A DNA stretch of 64,000 bases from NCBI GenBank assembly GCA_021734835.1, contig JAIPIH010000004.1, positions 96,674 to 160,673 of the forward strand, written 5' to 3'. The notes beneath the pieces were generated by a model, which had not been told where the DNA came from, did no database searches, and saw only the letters and a list, made by a program, of their open reading frames with translations. The DNA comes from Candidatus Cloacimonadota bacterium. Its GTDB lineage: Bacteria > Cloacimonadota > Cloacimonadia > Cloacimonadales > TCS61. The position numbers were made by a program, and so were the translations under genes. Below, piece by piece: positions 39,274 to 49,176 of this stretch. The stretch's first letter is position 1; each line of letters starts with the position of its first letter.

Positions 39274-42200
39274 GTAGTTTGATACTCTAGAAGACCGCGT
39301 AACTGTGCAACATCCATTTTTCTAATTACGCTTTGCCCTTCTTCAATAATGTTTTCAAACATCATTTTCTTGTTTTCTTGCAAATCAAGGATCTTTTCCT
39401 CAATTGTTCCCTTAGTTATTATCTTATAAACCATGACTTTATTGGTTTGACCAATTCTGTGAGCTCTGTCTATAGCTTGATTTTCTCCCATTGGATTCCA
39501 CCAAGGGTCGACAATTATCACAGTATCGGCAGAAGTTAAATTCAAACCATAACCACCAGTTTTCAAACTTATTAAAAATGTTCTGATGTTATTATTATTA
39601 TTGAAATTATCAATTACTTTTTGTCTGTTCTTAGTTGAACCGTCCATATATTCAAATGTGATTTTCTCTCTTTTCAACATATCTTTTAATACTTGCAGCA
39701 TCTGGACAAATTGACTGAAGATCAAAAGTTTTTTCCCATTTTCTACCGCATCGACAATTATCTCTCTAAGTAGCTCAACTTTACCCGAAATTTCAAAATT
39801 CTTTTTTATGTTTTCATCTACAAGATGTGGATGATTGCATATTTGACGTAGTTTAGTTAATGCTGCGAGGATATGAATAAAATGTTTTCCTATCTCTTTA
39901 TCGTTCATATATCTCTTTTTTACATCATCCAGGATCTGCAGATACATTTTCTCTTGTATCGGTGTAAGTTTGCACAAAACCTGCTGAACTTGCTTATCAG
40001 GTAATTCGATGAGGACATCAGCTTTTTTCCGTCTTAAGATAAATGGCGAGACTAGCATTTTAAGTTTTTCATTATTTTTTTTCTGTATGGAAGCATCAGT
40101 TTTAAAAGTGTTTGTAAATCCCTTTAATTTTGGTAGATAACCAGGCATGAGGAAATCAAAGATAGACCACAACTCCATTGGATTGTTTTCTATAGGAGTT
40201 CCTGATAATGCCAACCGATGTATTGCTTTTAACTTTTTAACGGCTTTAGTTCTGAGCGCTGACGGATTTTTTATATGCTGCGCTTCATCCAGAATTATGT
40301 AATCAAAGTTAATTTCAGAAAGATCTATAATATCGTTTTGAATAATTGAATAAGATGCAAATAAAAGATTAACATTGAGGTTTTCCAGAATTTTCATCCG
40401 CTCTTTTTGATTTCCTTCATAGATCATATAAGACAGGCTTTTATTGAACTTATTAATCTCTGCTGCCCAATTGAAGAGCAGAGTTTTAGGACAAATGATA
40501 AGTGATTTGCCCGTCACCGGAAGGTCGGACAGTACTGATATAGATTGTATAGTTTTCCCTAATCCCATATCATCAGCTAAAATACCGGAAAGTCCAAAAT
40601 TTTCTAACATCTTCAGCCAGTGATAACCTGCTTTTTGATAGCTTCTCATTATTGGTTTTAATACAGATGAAATTTGTGTTGTTTCCTGAAGTTTCCGTCT
40701 TATGATGGAAGAAAACATATTTTCTAAAAAAGAATCTCCCTCAATCCTGATACCCTGATTTATCGTGTTCATTTGATAAACATAAGGTAAATTATAGATG
40801 GAAAGTTTGAATGCTTTGCTGGGAGTCTTCTTACTTTTGTTAATGAGTTTTTCAACTTCCAGAAATGCACTTTTATTATCGAAATAGAGTAATCTTCCAT
40901 CTTCCAGTTTCAAGAATTTTTCCTTAGTTTCAAAAAATCGCTTTAACTCCTGATGAGTAAATTTTAAATCCTTATAATTGTATTCAATATTATATTCAAA
41001 CCATTCTATTCTCTTGGTCTGTTTGGTTCTAATAACTGGTTTTAAATCAACTTTATAAATAAACTCTTTTTTTAACTCTTCTGAAAGCTCAATCATCCAA
41101 GCAGGATCTGCATTTTCAAAGATGGTTTTTTTTAAAGCATCTATATTTTCTTGTCCCTCAAAAACAAGCTGTGAACTCTCTTCCAGACGATGTGTTTTTG
41201 ACTCCGGAAGTTTATCCACAAAACTAAAGATCTCATACTTGATCTGCGGTGGAATATAAAACCAGGTTATTTTATCATCTTGATCGTATCTGACTAATTC
41301 TACAGGCAGCCTTATAACAGACATTGGTATTTCAATACCTTCTCCGTAATCCAAAATACCTTTTACGATTATTTTACTATCTTCTTTGAATAATTTGTAA
41401 GTAATGATCGGTGTATTGTGATGAACCTCCGGGATTACAATATCCTCATCAAAATCCAGATAGCATTTCATCAATCCAAGCTGTCTTGTTACAACAGAGT
41501 ATAAATAAACAAGATCCGTTTCTTTCAAGACATAACCGGAAGTAAAAATCTGCACGGATACATCTATTTTGAAAGGCAGATTGATTGGATGGACAACGTT
41601 TTGGACAAAAATATAGGTGGTTTTACCGGAAAATACAGCCGATATTTGCTCTGAATTTGGTAATTTGAGGATATATTTATCAGATTCATATCTGCTAACA
41701 TGGAAATTGATCCGAAATTCTTCATCCGAAAATTTGATCCTGTCACCTGTTTCTTTGATAAATATCTTATGCTGCAGATTTTTTAGAATATTGATCACGT
41801 TAATAAATTTGCTTTTATAGATAGTAAAGAAAGTTCCCTTTCGACTATAAGAGCATTTATTTTTATATAATAATTTCAATAATTCTAATTCTTCCGATGA
41901 TAATGCTTTCATTTGTTTTTTCGCTTGATCGAGGAGTAAAAGATCTTCTTCTTTGAAATCTCCTTCAGCACAAATACAAGCTATCACTCTGATCTGGAGA
42001 GGTTTGTAACTTTTCATGATAAAACGGATTTTATCTGTTTTTGTGCTGTAAATATCACTGATCTCAATTTTTGCATTTAAAACAGTCTTCTGCCAAAATT
42101 CATTAAAATCTAACAAGCTTGTATGATAGGTTTGCACGGAACTTTCACCAAGCATATCTGTTGAAAAAAAATTATAGGCATATTTTATCAAAGAGAGGTA

Positions 42201-42458
42201 GTGCCTGCATTCTTTATCTTTGCATTCTGAGCAAGTATGTTTGATTATTTTTTCGTTTTCTTTATCATAGATTATCTCCAGTTTTGGAGAAAAAATGTAT
42301 TTTTTTGGCGGATTGGCTTCAAATCTGAAAACAATGTTCTTATCCTCATCTAAATAATGTTTGTATTCAATATCGTCTTTCATTAATCTGATCAGAGAAC
42401 TTTTGAAGAACCATGAGTTTGAGTGTTCATGGTGCTCTTTACCAAATAATCTTGCCAT
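39270..42458 (-). CDS. SNF2-family helicase/ATPase with an N-terminal SWIM-like Cys/His motif
   Basis: GILADDMGLGKT, DEAQ, SGTPIEN, ISLKTGG.GLNL and QAIDRAHRIGQ; N-terminal CSEC....CRH. Confidence 0.92.
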   Translation of the reverse strand: MARLFGKEHHEHSNSWFFKSSLIRLMKDDIEYKHYLDEDKNIVFRFEANPPKKYIFSPKLEIIYDKENEKIIKHTCSECKDKECRHYLSLIKYAYNFFSTDMLGESSVQTYHTSLLDFNEFWQKTVLNAKIEISDIYSTKTDKIRFIMKSYKPLQIRVIACICAEGDFKEEDLLLLDQAKKQMKALSSEELELLKLLYKNKCSYSRKGTFFTIYKSKFINVINILKNLQHKIFIKETGDRIKFSDEEFRINFHVSRYESDKYILKLPNSEQISAVFSGKTTYIFVQNVVHPINLPFKIDVSVQIFTSGYVLKETDLVYLYSVVTRQLGLMKCYLDFDEDIVIPEVHHNTPIITYKLFKEDSKIIVKGILDYGEGIEIPMSVIRLPVELVRYDQDDKITWFYIPPQIKYEIFSFVDKLPESKTHRLEESSQLVFEGQENIDALKKTIFENADPAWMIELSEELKKEFIYKVDLKPVIRTKQTKRIEWFEYNIEYNYKDLKFTHQELKRFFETKEKFLKLEDGRLLYFDNKSAFLEVEKLINKSKKTPSKAFKLSIYNLPYVYQMNTINQGIRIEGDSFLENMFSSIIRRKLQETTQISSVLKPIMRSYQKAGYHWLKMLENFGLSGILADDMGLGKTIQSISVLSDLPVTGKSLIICPKTLLFNWAAEINKFNKSLSYMIYEGNQKERMKILENLNVNLLFASYSIIQNDIIDLSEINFDYIILDEAQHIKNPSALRTKAVKKLKAIHRLALSGTPIENNPMELWSIFDFLMPGYLPKLKGFTNTFKTDASIQKKNNEKLKMLVSPFILRRKKADVLIELPDKQVQQVLCKLTPIQEKMYLQILDDVKKRYMNDKEIGKHFIHILAALTKLRQICNHPHLVDENIKKNFEISGKVELLREIIVDAVENGKKLLIFSQFVQMLQVLKDMLKREKITFEYMDGSTKNRQKVIDNFNNNNNIRTFLISLKTGGYGLNLTSADTVIIVDPWWNPMGENQAIDRAHRIGQTNKVMVYKIITKGTIEEKILDLQENKKMMFENIIEEGQSVIRKMDVAQLRGLLEYQTT

Positions 42459-42663
42459 TTGAACTCCACTTAATGTTATTGTTTAATCAATTTGCTATTT
42501 AAATGTGATACTTCTGTAAGTCAAGCGATAAAAATCATCTTAGATACGTTTTGATTCCATAATCAAAACCAATTATAAAATCTGGAAATATTTTTGTTTG
42601 ATAACATTTAACTTGCAAATTTTATATTGTTAATAAAATCATCATAAAAGAATAGAGGAAAAT

Positions 42664-43953
42664 ATGAAAGTTGATTTGATGATAATCAAGGCAAAAGAAT
42701 TAGTCACTGTCTCCGGAGCATCTCGTCCCAGGACCGGATCCGAAATGGATGAGATAAATGTTATACCTGATGGTGCAATTGCCATTGTTGAAGACAGGAT
42801 AATTGATTTAGGACCTACAGCTGAAATAGTACAAAAATATCCCCATCCTCACAAATTGATCAATGCTGAAAACAAAGTTGTAATGCCCGGATTTGTGGAT
42901 CCGCATACTCATCCTGTTTTCAAAGAAACCAGAGAGAATGAATTTGAAATGCGCCTCAAAGGAAAATCTTACGTGGAGATTTCAACCAGCGGAGGCGGAA
43001 TTCGCTCCAGCATACAAGGAGTGCGTGAAACCAGCGCTGATAGACTTTTTCAGCTTGCTGTCAAGAGGATCAAAAAAATGATCCTTAATGGAACAACTAC
43101 ATTAGAAGCGAAAAGCGGATACGGTCTTTCTACTGAAAGCGAAATTAAAATGCTGAAAATAATTAGAAGATTGAATGAAGAACTCCCAATTGATATAGTA
43201 GCAACATTTCTTGGGGCGCATGAATTTCCAGTAGAATATAAAGATGATAAAAACGGCTACATCAACTTGCTGATCAATGAAATGCTGCCTGAGATCAAAA
43301 AATTAAATTTAGCAGAATACTGTGATATTTTTACCGAAGAACATGTTTTTACGATTGAACAATCAAGACGAATTTTAAAGCGGGCAAAAGAACTCGGTTA
43401 TAAAATACGAATGCATGCAGATGAGATTCAGCCAATTGGAGGAGCTAGTCTCGCCGGCGAGATAAGAGCTGTTTCAGCTGATCATCTCGGAGCAACTTCC
43501 GATAAAGGTATTACAGCCTTAAAAGAAAATGGAATTATCGGTACACTTTTACCGGCAACGATCTTCTCGCTTGGTTTGAATACCTATGCGAGAGCGAGGG
43601 ATATGATAACAGCTGGAGTTCCGATCGCATTAGCAACTGACTTCAATCCGGGGAGTAGTAATTGCGACAGTATGCAATTTATCAATACTCTGGCTTGTCT
43701 AAAAATGAGGATGACTCCTGCTGAAGCTATAACAGCATCAACTATTAATGCCGCATATTCTCTTGACCGCGGCGATGAAGTTGGAAGTCTTGAGATTGGA
43801 AAGAAAGCAGATATCATTGTCCTGGATATGCCTTCTTATCAATATTTATCCTATCATATCGGATCAAGTAGTGTTGAAACAGTTATCAAAAATGGGAAGA
43901 TCATCAAAAAGAATAAACCCTCAGAAAATTATCCTGAAGGTTTACCAAAATAA
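42664..43953 (+). CDS. hutI: Imidazolonepropionase
   Basis: PGFVDPHTH, GGGI, GTTT.EAKSGYGL, TFLGAH, HADE, ADHL and ATDFNPGS. Confidence 0.94.
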   Translation: MKVDLMIIKAKELVTVSGASRPRTGSEMDEINVIPDGAIAIVEDRIIDLGPTAEIVQKYPHPHKLINAENKVVMPGFVDPHTHPVFKETRENEFEMRLKGKSYVEISTSGGGIRSSIQGVRETSADRLFQLAVKRIKKMILNGTTTLEAKSGYGLSTESEIKMLKIIRRLNEELPIDIVATFLGAHEFPVEYKDDKNGYINLLINEMLPEIKKLNLAEYCDIFTEEHVFTIEQSRRILKRAKELGYKIRMHADEIQPIGGASLAGEIRAVSADHLGATSDKGITALKENGIIGTLLPATIFSLGLNTYARARDMITAGVPIALATDFNPGSSNCDSMQFINTLACLKMRMTPAEAITASTINAAYSLDRGDEVGSLEIGKKADIIVLDMPSYQYLSYHIGSSSVETVIKNGKIIKKNKPSENYPEGLPK

Positions 43954-43960
43954 AAGCTAT

Positions 43961-44701
43961 CTATAATTTTTTGAGTAATTCCTTTGCTTCCTTTTGCATC
44001 AACCTATCACCTGCATCAGCAGGTGTTAGTTCAATCGAATCCATCAGCACTTTTTTTGCTTCGTCATTTTTCTTAAGTTTTATAAGTGCTTTACCTAACC
44101 ATAAATAGTGACGTACTTCATCGGGTTTTGCTTGGATAGCTCTATTGAAAAAATCAACCGATTCCTCAAAACTAGCAGTTGGAGGAGTCTCATAAACTAT
44201 TTTTGCAACTGTTCTTTCCAGCCAGCTTAGATTCGCCAGCTCATAATGCCATCTCCCCATTAAATGTAAAGATCCGTCATAAGCAGGATCTAACTCTATT
44301 GCTTTCATCCCATATTTTTCAACATCGTAAGAATTAATTATCTTCTGTTTAGTACCTTCCAGCATCCCGATCTTTCCAATCAAAGTTGCATACCAGTGAT
44401 TGGCTTTTGCGGATTCAGGATCTAATTTTAAGGCATTCTCGGCAGCTTCAAATCCCGGATAAAAATGTGCTTTATGAACTTCTTCATCATCTGTTTGGTC
44501 AGCAATGTCAAAATTCACTCTGGCATATCTCCAGAGTAATGCAACGTCCTCGGGAAATTCAACTAACATACTATCTAACTTAGCAAGCTCAAGCTCATAA
44601 TCGTGGTTATCATTATAAGCATCGATTTTAGCTATATCAGCAGGAGATACAGCCATTAAAACTGTGCTTACAGCTAACATCGCAATAATTAAATTTTTCA
44701 T
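43961..44701 (-). CDS. Secreted TPR protein resembling eukaryotic RMDN (regulator of microtubule dynamics) proteins
   Basis: Signal peptide; LLWRYAR, ANHWYA...G..EG.KQKI, AIELDP, HLMGRWHYELANLSWLER.VA.I.Y.TPP.ASFEE. Confidence 0.7.
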   Translation of the reverse strand: MKNLIIAMLAVSTVLMAVSPADIAKIDAYNDNHDYELELAKLDSMLVEFPEDVALLWRYARVNFDIADQTDDEEVHKAHFYPGFEAAENALKLDPESAKANHWYATLIGKIGMLEGTKQKIINSYDVEKYGMKAIELDPAYDGSLHLMGRWHYELANLSWLERTVAKIVYETPPTASFEESVDFFNRAIQAKPDEVRHYLWLGKALIKLKKNDEAKKVLMDSIELTPADAGDRLMQKEAKELLKKL

Positions 44702-44710
44702 AATCCTTCC

Positions 44711-45184
44711 TTAATTATTTGTAAGTAATTCTTTTAAATGATCAATATAAACTTCCGCACCGCCATACTGATATCCGGTTTGGGCAATTGCAGATCCATC
44801 CGGATTTAATAATTGTACAGTTGGGAAACCACGGATTCCATATTTATTTGCTAGATTCCTATTATAAGCTTGTACTTCTTTTGGCAGCTGGATTTTTCTG
44901 GGAAAATCAATTTTCACCATAACCAAATTTTGCGCTATGTAATCCTGAAAAACTTGTTTTGAGTAAACTTCTTCTTCCAATTTCCAACACCATCCGCACC
45001 AATCTGAACCTGTAAAATGAATGAAAACAGGCACATCCTTCTCTTGTGCAACTTCCAGTGCTTCTTCTAAATTTGTGTACCATGTTATTCCTTCTTCAAC
45101 CTTTGTTTCTGATACTTCTGCATTACATGCTGTTAAGATGAATAATGAAAACACTGTGATTAAAACGATACTTCTTTTTTTCAT
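44711..45184 (-). CDS. Thioredoxin-family lipoprotein
   Basis: Lipobox LTAC; FTGSDWCGWC; cis-Pro motif GFPT. Confidence 0.88.
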   Translation of the reverse strand: MKKRSIVLITVFSLFILTACNAEVSETKVEEGITWYTNLEEALEVAQEKDVPVFIHFTGSDWCGWCWKLEEEVYSKQVFQDYIAQNLVMVKIDFPRKIQLPKEVQAYNRNLANKYGIRGFPTVQLLNPDGSAIAQTGYQYGGAEVYIDHLKELLTNN

Positions 45185-45606
45185 AGTTCTTCTCCATTTA
45201 TTTTAATTTTTATTGTTAGTTCAGCTGCTTTCTTCAACATATCAGATACTCCACAATACCTCTGTTCTGATAACTCAACAGCTTTTTTAATTTTACTGGA
45301 AGGCAGATCCTTGCCAGTGAATAAAAAAGTAACAGATATAGCTTTATACGGTTTGGGATATTCTTCTTCCGGTTCACCTTCTACTTCTATTGTTAACTTA
45401 TAATCTGTAACCTGCATTTTTTTTAGGATGGAAACCACATCCATACCTGTACAGCCACCAAGTCCGCTTAGAAGTAAACCTTTTGGTCGCGGGCCTCTAT
45501 TCTCTCCTCCAACTTTTTCACTGGCATCGATTGTGAAATGATGATCATTTAACTCGACATCAAAAGCCATCTTATCGATGTAAGTTACTATTGACTTCTG
45601 TTTCAT
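45181..45606 (-). CDS. OsmC/YhfA family protein
   Basis: GG.N.GPRP, LGGCTGMDV and S..RYCGV with both conserved Cys. Confidence 0.9.
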   Translation of the reverse strand: MKQKSIVTYIDKMAFDVELNDHHFTIDASEKVGGENRGPRPKGLLLSGLGGCTGMDVVSILKKMQVTDYKLTIEVEGEPEEEYPKPYKAISVTFLFTGKDLPSSKIKKAVELSEQRYCGVSDMLKKAAELTIKIKINGEEL

Positions 45607-46055
45607 ATAGATTTCTCCTTGCTATCCAAAGCCTGTTCATAAGCATCTATGTAAAGGTTAATCATATCATAGATCTCATTTATTTTATCCTTAGGAAGTC
45701 GATTGAGCACGTCTTCCTGAAGATCCAGAAAATCAATTATTGTGTTCTCTATTGTAGATTTTCCTAATGCTGTTATTTCTCCCAGCCAGCTTCTTCGATC
45801 TTTCTTGGAAGGATACCTGATCACTAACTCTTTATCAACTAAAGTATCGACAATTCTGGTTATTCTACTATAAGATACTTGTAATTTATCTGCCAAAACA
45901 TTCATACAGGCAGCTTCTCCGGATTGATTTAAATAATTTAACAGATCGCATTCCATCCGACCTAATTTTATGCATTCTCTTCGTATTTTTTCTTTCTTAG
46001 AGCATAGTTTATAAAGTCTTCCGCTTAATTTAGCAAAATTTTGTACAGTACTCAT
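45603..46055 (-). CDS. MarR family transcriptional regulator (four Cys)
   Basis: LA..L.VS.SRITRIVD.LV.K.LV.R...DRR winged helix-turn-helix. Confidence 0.88.
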   Translation of the reverse strand: MSTVQNFAKLSGRLYKLCSKKEKIRRECIKLGRMECDLLNYLNQSGEAACMNVLADKLQVSYSRITRIVDTLVDKELVIRYPSKKDRRSWLGEITALGKSTIENTIIDFLDLQEDVLNRLPKDKINEIYDMINLYIDAYEQALDSKEKSI

Positions 46056-46187
46056 TAATCCTCCGCATCTGTTTTATCCACATCGAAAATAAAATATTAC
46101 CAACTAAAACTCCTTTTCATAATAAAATATTTTACAATAACAAATTTTAATATAATGTATATTTAAATTGATTTTTGGCAAGAAATT

Positions 46188-47186
46188 TTATGATAAATCT
46201 GAAATGATCCTGGTTATTATCTTTTGGGAATTGATATTTTCAGCTTCAGCACTGAAAGAAGTAATGATTCTATGTTGCAAGACAATTCTGGCAACATTGA
46301 TAACATCATCGACCGATGGTGTTAATCTTCCGTTAAGAGCTGCTCTGCTTCGAGCGGCATAAACAAGATATTGACTAGCTCTTGGTCCTGCACCCCAGCT
46401 AACCCATTTTTTTATATATTCTGGGGAGTCTTTATATTGTGAGCGGGTTGCTCTAACTATTTTAACAGAAAAATCCAAAACATGATCACTAACGGGTATC
46501 TCTTTTACGGCTTCCTGAATTTGCACAATCTCCTCTGTTCCGATGACAGCATTTACTGCATTGAGGGCTGCATAAGTATCATTTTTTACAATCTTTTTTT
46601 CTTCTTCATAGGTTGGATAATCAATGTTAAGGTAAAACATAAATCTATCCAGTTGAGCTTCCGGTAATGGATAAGTTCCTTCCTGTTCAATAGGATTTTG
46701 AGTTGCGAGCACCAGAAAAGGTCTATCCAGTTCAAAAGTTTTATTACCTGCAGTTACCTGGTATTCTTGCATTGCCTGTAATAATGCTGCCTGTGTTTTA
46801 GGAGGAGTTCTATTGATCTCATCTGCTAAGATCACATTAGCAAAAATCGGACCTTTAATATATTCAAAATATCTTTTACCATCAGCTTTATTTTCCGCCA
46901 GTATATCGGTACCGGTAATATCTGAGGGCATTAAATCCGGTGTAAATTGGATTCTGCTGAATTTCAATGACAGCGCTTTAGCCATGGTAGAGACCATCAT
47001 TGTTTTAGCCAAACCCGGAACACCCTCGAGCAGACAGTGTCCGTTTGAGATAAGAGCGATAAGCAATTTTTCAATAATCTCATCCTGACCTATAATTACT
47101 TTAGCGATTTCTTGCGTAATTTCTTGTTTGATCTGGGGTAGTTTTTCTAATATACTAATATTTTTTTTCATATTGATCCTTTTCAA
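46188..47186 (-). CDS. MoxR family AAA+ ATPase (start possibly 47171)
   Basis: HCLLEGVPGLAKT, RIQFTPDLMPSDITG, LADEINR, ATQNPIEQEGTYPLPEAQLDRF and WGAGPRA. Confidence 0.95.
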   Translation of the reverse strand: MKRINMKKNISILEKLPQIKQEITQEIAKVIIGQDEIIEKLLIALISNGHCLLEGVPGLAKTMMVSTMAKALSLKFSRIQFTPDLMPSDITGTDILAENKADGKRYFEYIKGPIFANVILADEINRTPPKTQAALLQAMQEYQVTAGNKTFELDRPFLVLATQNPIEQEGTYPLPEAQLDRFMFYLNIDYPTYEEEKKIVKNDTYAALNAVNAVIGTEEIVQIQEAVKEIPVSDHVLDFSVKIVRATRSQYKDSPEYIKKWVSWGAGPRASQYLVYAARSRAALNGRLTPSVDDVINVARIVLQHRIITSFSAEAENINSQKIITRIISDLS

Positions 47187-48171
47187 TCTTATTTGCTAAC
47201 AAACGATTAAAATTTATTTTTAATAAAAAGAATGATAATCCACCAGTCAAGAAAATCCAGATTGATGTCAGTAGGTGTGAAAATGCAACAGCAGCACTAG
47301 TAAGGTTTTCATTCACTCCCAGAGCAAAGGAAAAAATCAGCACCCACATAAACTGATTTGATCCGATTTGAGCCGGAGGTGTTGGTAAAATATAAGTTAA
47401 ATTCATCAGAGTATAGCCAAAGAGAATTTTAATAAAAGTTACTTCAGAGCCAAAAGCTCTGAACACAGCAAAAATGTATATAGCTTCTGAGAGTACTGCC
47501 AATGTAGTAAGAATATAAACCATGACATTATCAAACAACCTACCTCTCATTATTGACATTCCATCAACAAAAGTTTCTAGAAAAGTTTCTAATTTATTCC
47601 TAAACTTGTTCGGAAAGATCTTTACTATAAAATGTAAGATATCTGTTGCCGTATTTTTGTGGTTAACTGCAAAAAAAAGAAATCCCAAAAAGATGAGAAA
47701 GATCAGAAATAGTAAACTGATAACAATATAGAGAGTTATATTCAAATTAATCGAAACCAGTGGGATAAGAGTCATAATAAGAACGATTGGGAATAGATCA
47801 GTTAACTTATCAATAAAAATTGATGGTAGACTTTCAGCTAATTTTACATCAGCTTTTGTTTTCAATATTACAGATTTGGCAATTTCTCCAGCTCTAATTG
47901 GGACCAGATAATTTATTAACATTCCGGACATAAATATTGAAAAGGCTTCTAAGATTTGCATTTTATAAATTGGTTTTAAGATAATTCTCCACCTTAAACT
48001 GCGAAGGAGATAAGCAAATATATAAAACAGTGAAAACAATATTACCATCTTGAGATCAAATTTCCTAAAATAGTTTAGGAATTCCTGCCAGTTCACAATT
48101 CGTATCCAAACTATCAGGAAAATAGCCCCAAGAGTTATCCCGACAATCCAATTAAGATTATTCTTTTTCAT
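47155..48171 (-). CDS. Lysylphosphatidylglycerol-synthase-TM (UPF0104, flippase-like) membrane protein
   Basis: LRSLRW, N..P.RAGE.AK, S..IDK..D and P.PPAQIG; many TM helices. Confidence 0.85.
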   Translation of the reverse strand: MKKNNLNWIVGITLGAIFLIVWIRIVNWQEFLNYFRKFDLKMVILFSLFYIFAYLLRSLRWRIILKPIYKMQILEAFSIFMSGMLINYLVPIRAGEIAKSVILKTKADVKLAESLPSIFIDKLTDLFPIVLIMTLIPLVSINLNITLYIVISLLFLIFLIFLGFLFFAVNHKNTATDILHFIVKIFPNKFRNKLETFLETFVDGMSIMRGRLFDNVMVYILTTLAVLSEAIYIFAVFRAFGSEVTFIKILFGYTLMNLTYILPTPPAQIGSNQFMWVLIFSFALGVNENLTSAAVAFSHLLTSIWIFLTGGLSFFLLKINFNRLLANKIEKDQYEKKY

Positions 48172-48329
48172 TTTTTTCTATAAATCCATAACGAAATAAG
48201 AGTGAGTACCAAAGTAACAATAAATGAACCAATCAAAATTTCAATAAGCGATTCCCCATTAGTCCAGATAAATAAATATACTAAAAGAAAAACAAAGGCA
48301 ACAATCGGATAATACCATTTTGTTTTCAT
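48168..48329 (-). CDS. Small 2-TM membrane protein (53 aa)
   Basis: Not in the ORF track. MKTKWYYPIVAFVFLLVYLFIWTNGESLIEILIGSFIVTLVLTLISLWIYRKK. Starts 1 nt after the upstream stop, and its TGA overlaps the next ATG (ATGA). Confidence 0.72.
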   Translation of the reverse strand: MKTKWYYPIVAFVFLLVYLFIWTNGESLIEILIGSFIVTLVLTLISLWIYRKK

Positions 48330-48330
48330 T

Positions 48331-49170
48331 TCATTTCCTATTTTCTGGAATGAACAGAAAATAACGATGATGAGCCCAAAAAGTTTTTAACAATTTTGGA
48401 GCTTTGTTCTCAAACCAGAAATAAGATAACATATGATATGAGAACTCCGGATCATTTCCCTTATAATGATCCAAAATTGAAATTGGACGCTTCTCTTTAT
48501 TTGAACTCAGCCAATTTAACATGAACATCTTTAAAAATTTCTCTTTCGGCATACCAATATCCGGCCAGGGTGGACAATCTATGTAATTTGTGTCTAATAA
48601 CAGCCAACCATTTTTAGACATCTCTCTTTTGATATTCCCGGGCTTGATGTTTTGTTCCATCAATCTTTCTTTCAGCACTTTGTAGCCAAGGATCTTTTGG
48701 GAAAGATATCCCAAACCTCTTTTATTTGGTACAAAAAATAATATTACACGACTGGTAACTCTGCTAAGTTCTTTCAGAAAATTAGACAAATCTTTAACTA
48801 ACCAGAGAGCTGAAAAATTCCAACTTAACTCAAATTGATCAGATTTATAAGAGAGTTTACTATAATTCTCAGAATATGCTATATTAAGAGGTATCTGCAG
48901 ATCAGCCCAGACATTTTTGATCAATTTAATTCTCTTCTTATCGTTATCTAAAAGCGTTATCTTCTTACCACGTTGAGCTAATCCCATGCTGTTAATTCCA
49001 GAAAGACCTGTAAATCCGAAACTTGGAGCTTCAAGTATTGTAGAAACATTAAAATGTTTACAAATCTGGTCTAATTTTTTGTTGATGATTATCCTTTCGT
49101 AGGAAGAGCCTAGACCTTCATCAGAATTACTAAAATACTGTTCCCAGTTATCTAATATTGGTATTGCCAC
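48331..49170 (-). CDS. Putative class I SAM-dependent methyltransferase-like protein (divergent)
   Basis: ILEAPSFGFTG motif-I-like segment, TLLD, and L.Y....FEL.WNF...W....FLKEL.RV, which resembles the Methyltransf_11 fold. GTG start. Confidence 0.55.
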   Translation of the reverse strand: MAIPILDNWEQYFSNSDEGLGSSYERIIINKKLDQICKHFNVSTILEAPSFGFTGLSGINSMGLAQRGKKITLLDNDKKRIKLIKNVWADLQIPLNIAYSENYSKLSYKSDQFELSWNFSALWLVKDLSNFLKELSRVTSRVILFFVPNKRGLGYLSQKILGYKVLKERLMEQNIKPGNIKREMSKNGWLLLDTNYIDCPPWPDIGMPKEKFLKMFMLNWLSSNKEKRPISILDHYKGNDPEFSYHMLSYFWFENKAPKLLKTFWAHHRYFLFIPENRK

Positions 49171-49176
49171 ACTATC

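Noticed and set aside
46074-46082. Perfect DnaA box TTATCCACA upstream of marR
   Set aside because: A single copy. The same 9-mer also occurs inside coding regions (near 24721, 41212 and 53107), and there is no cluster or origin context.
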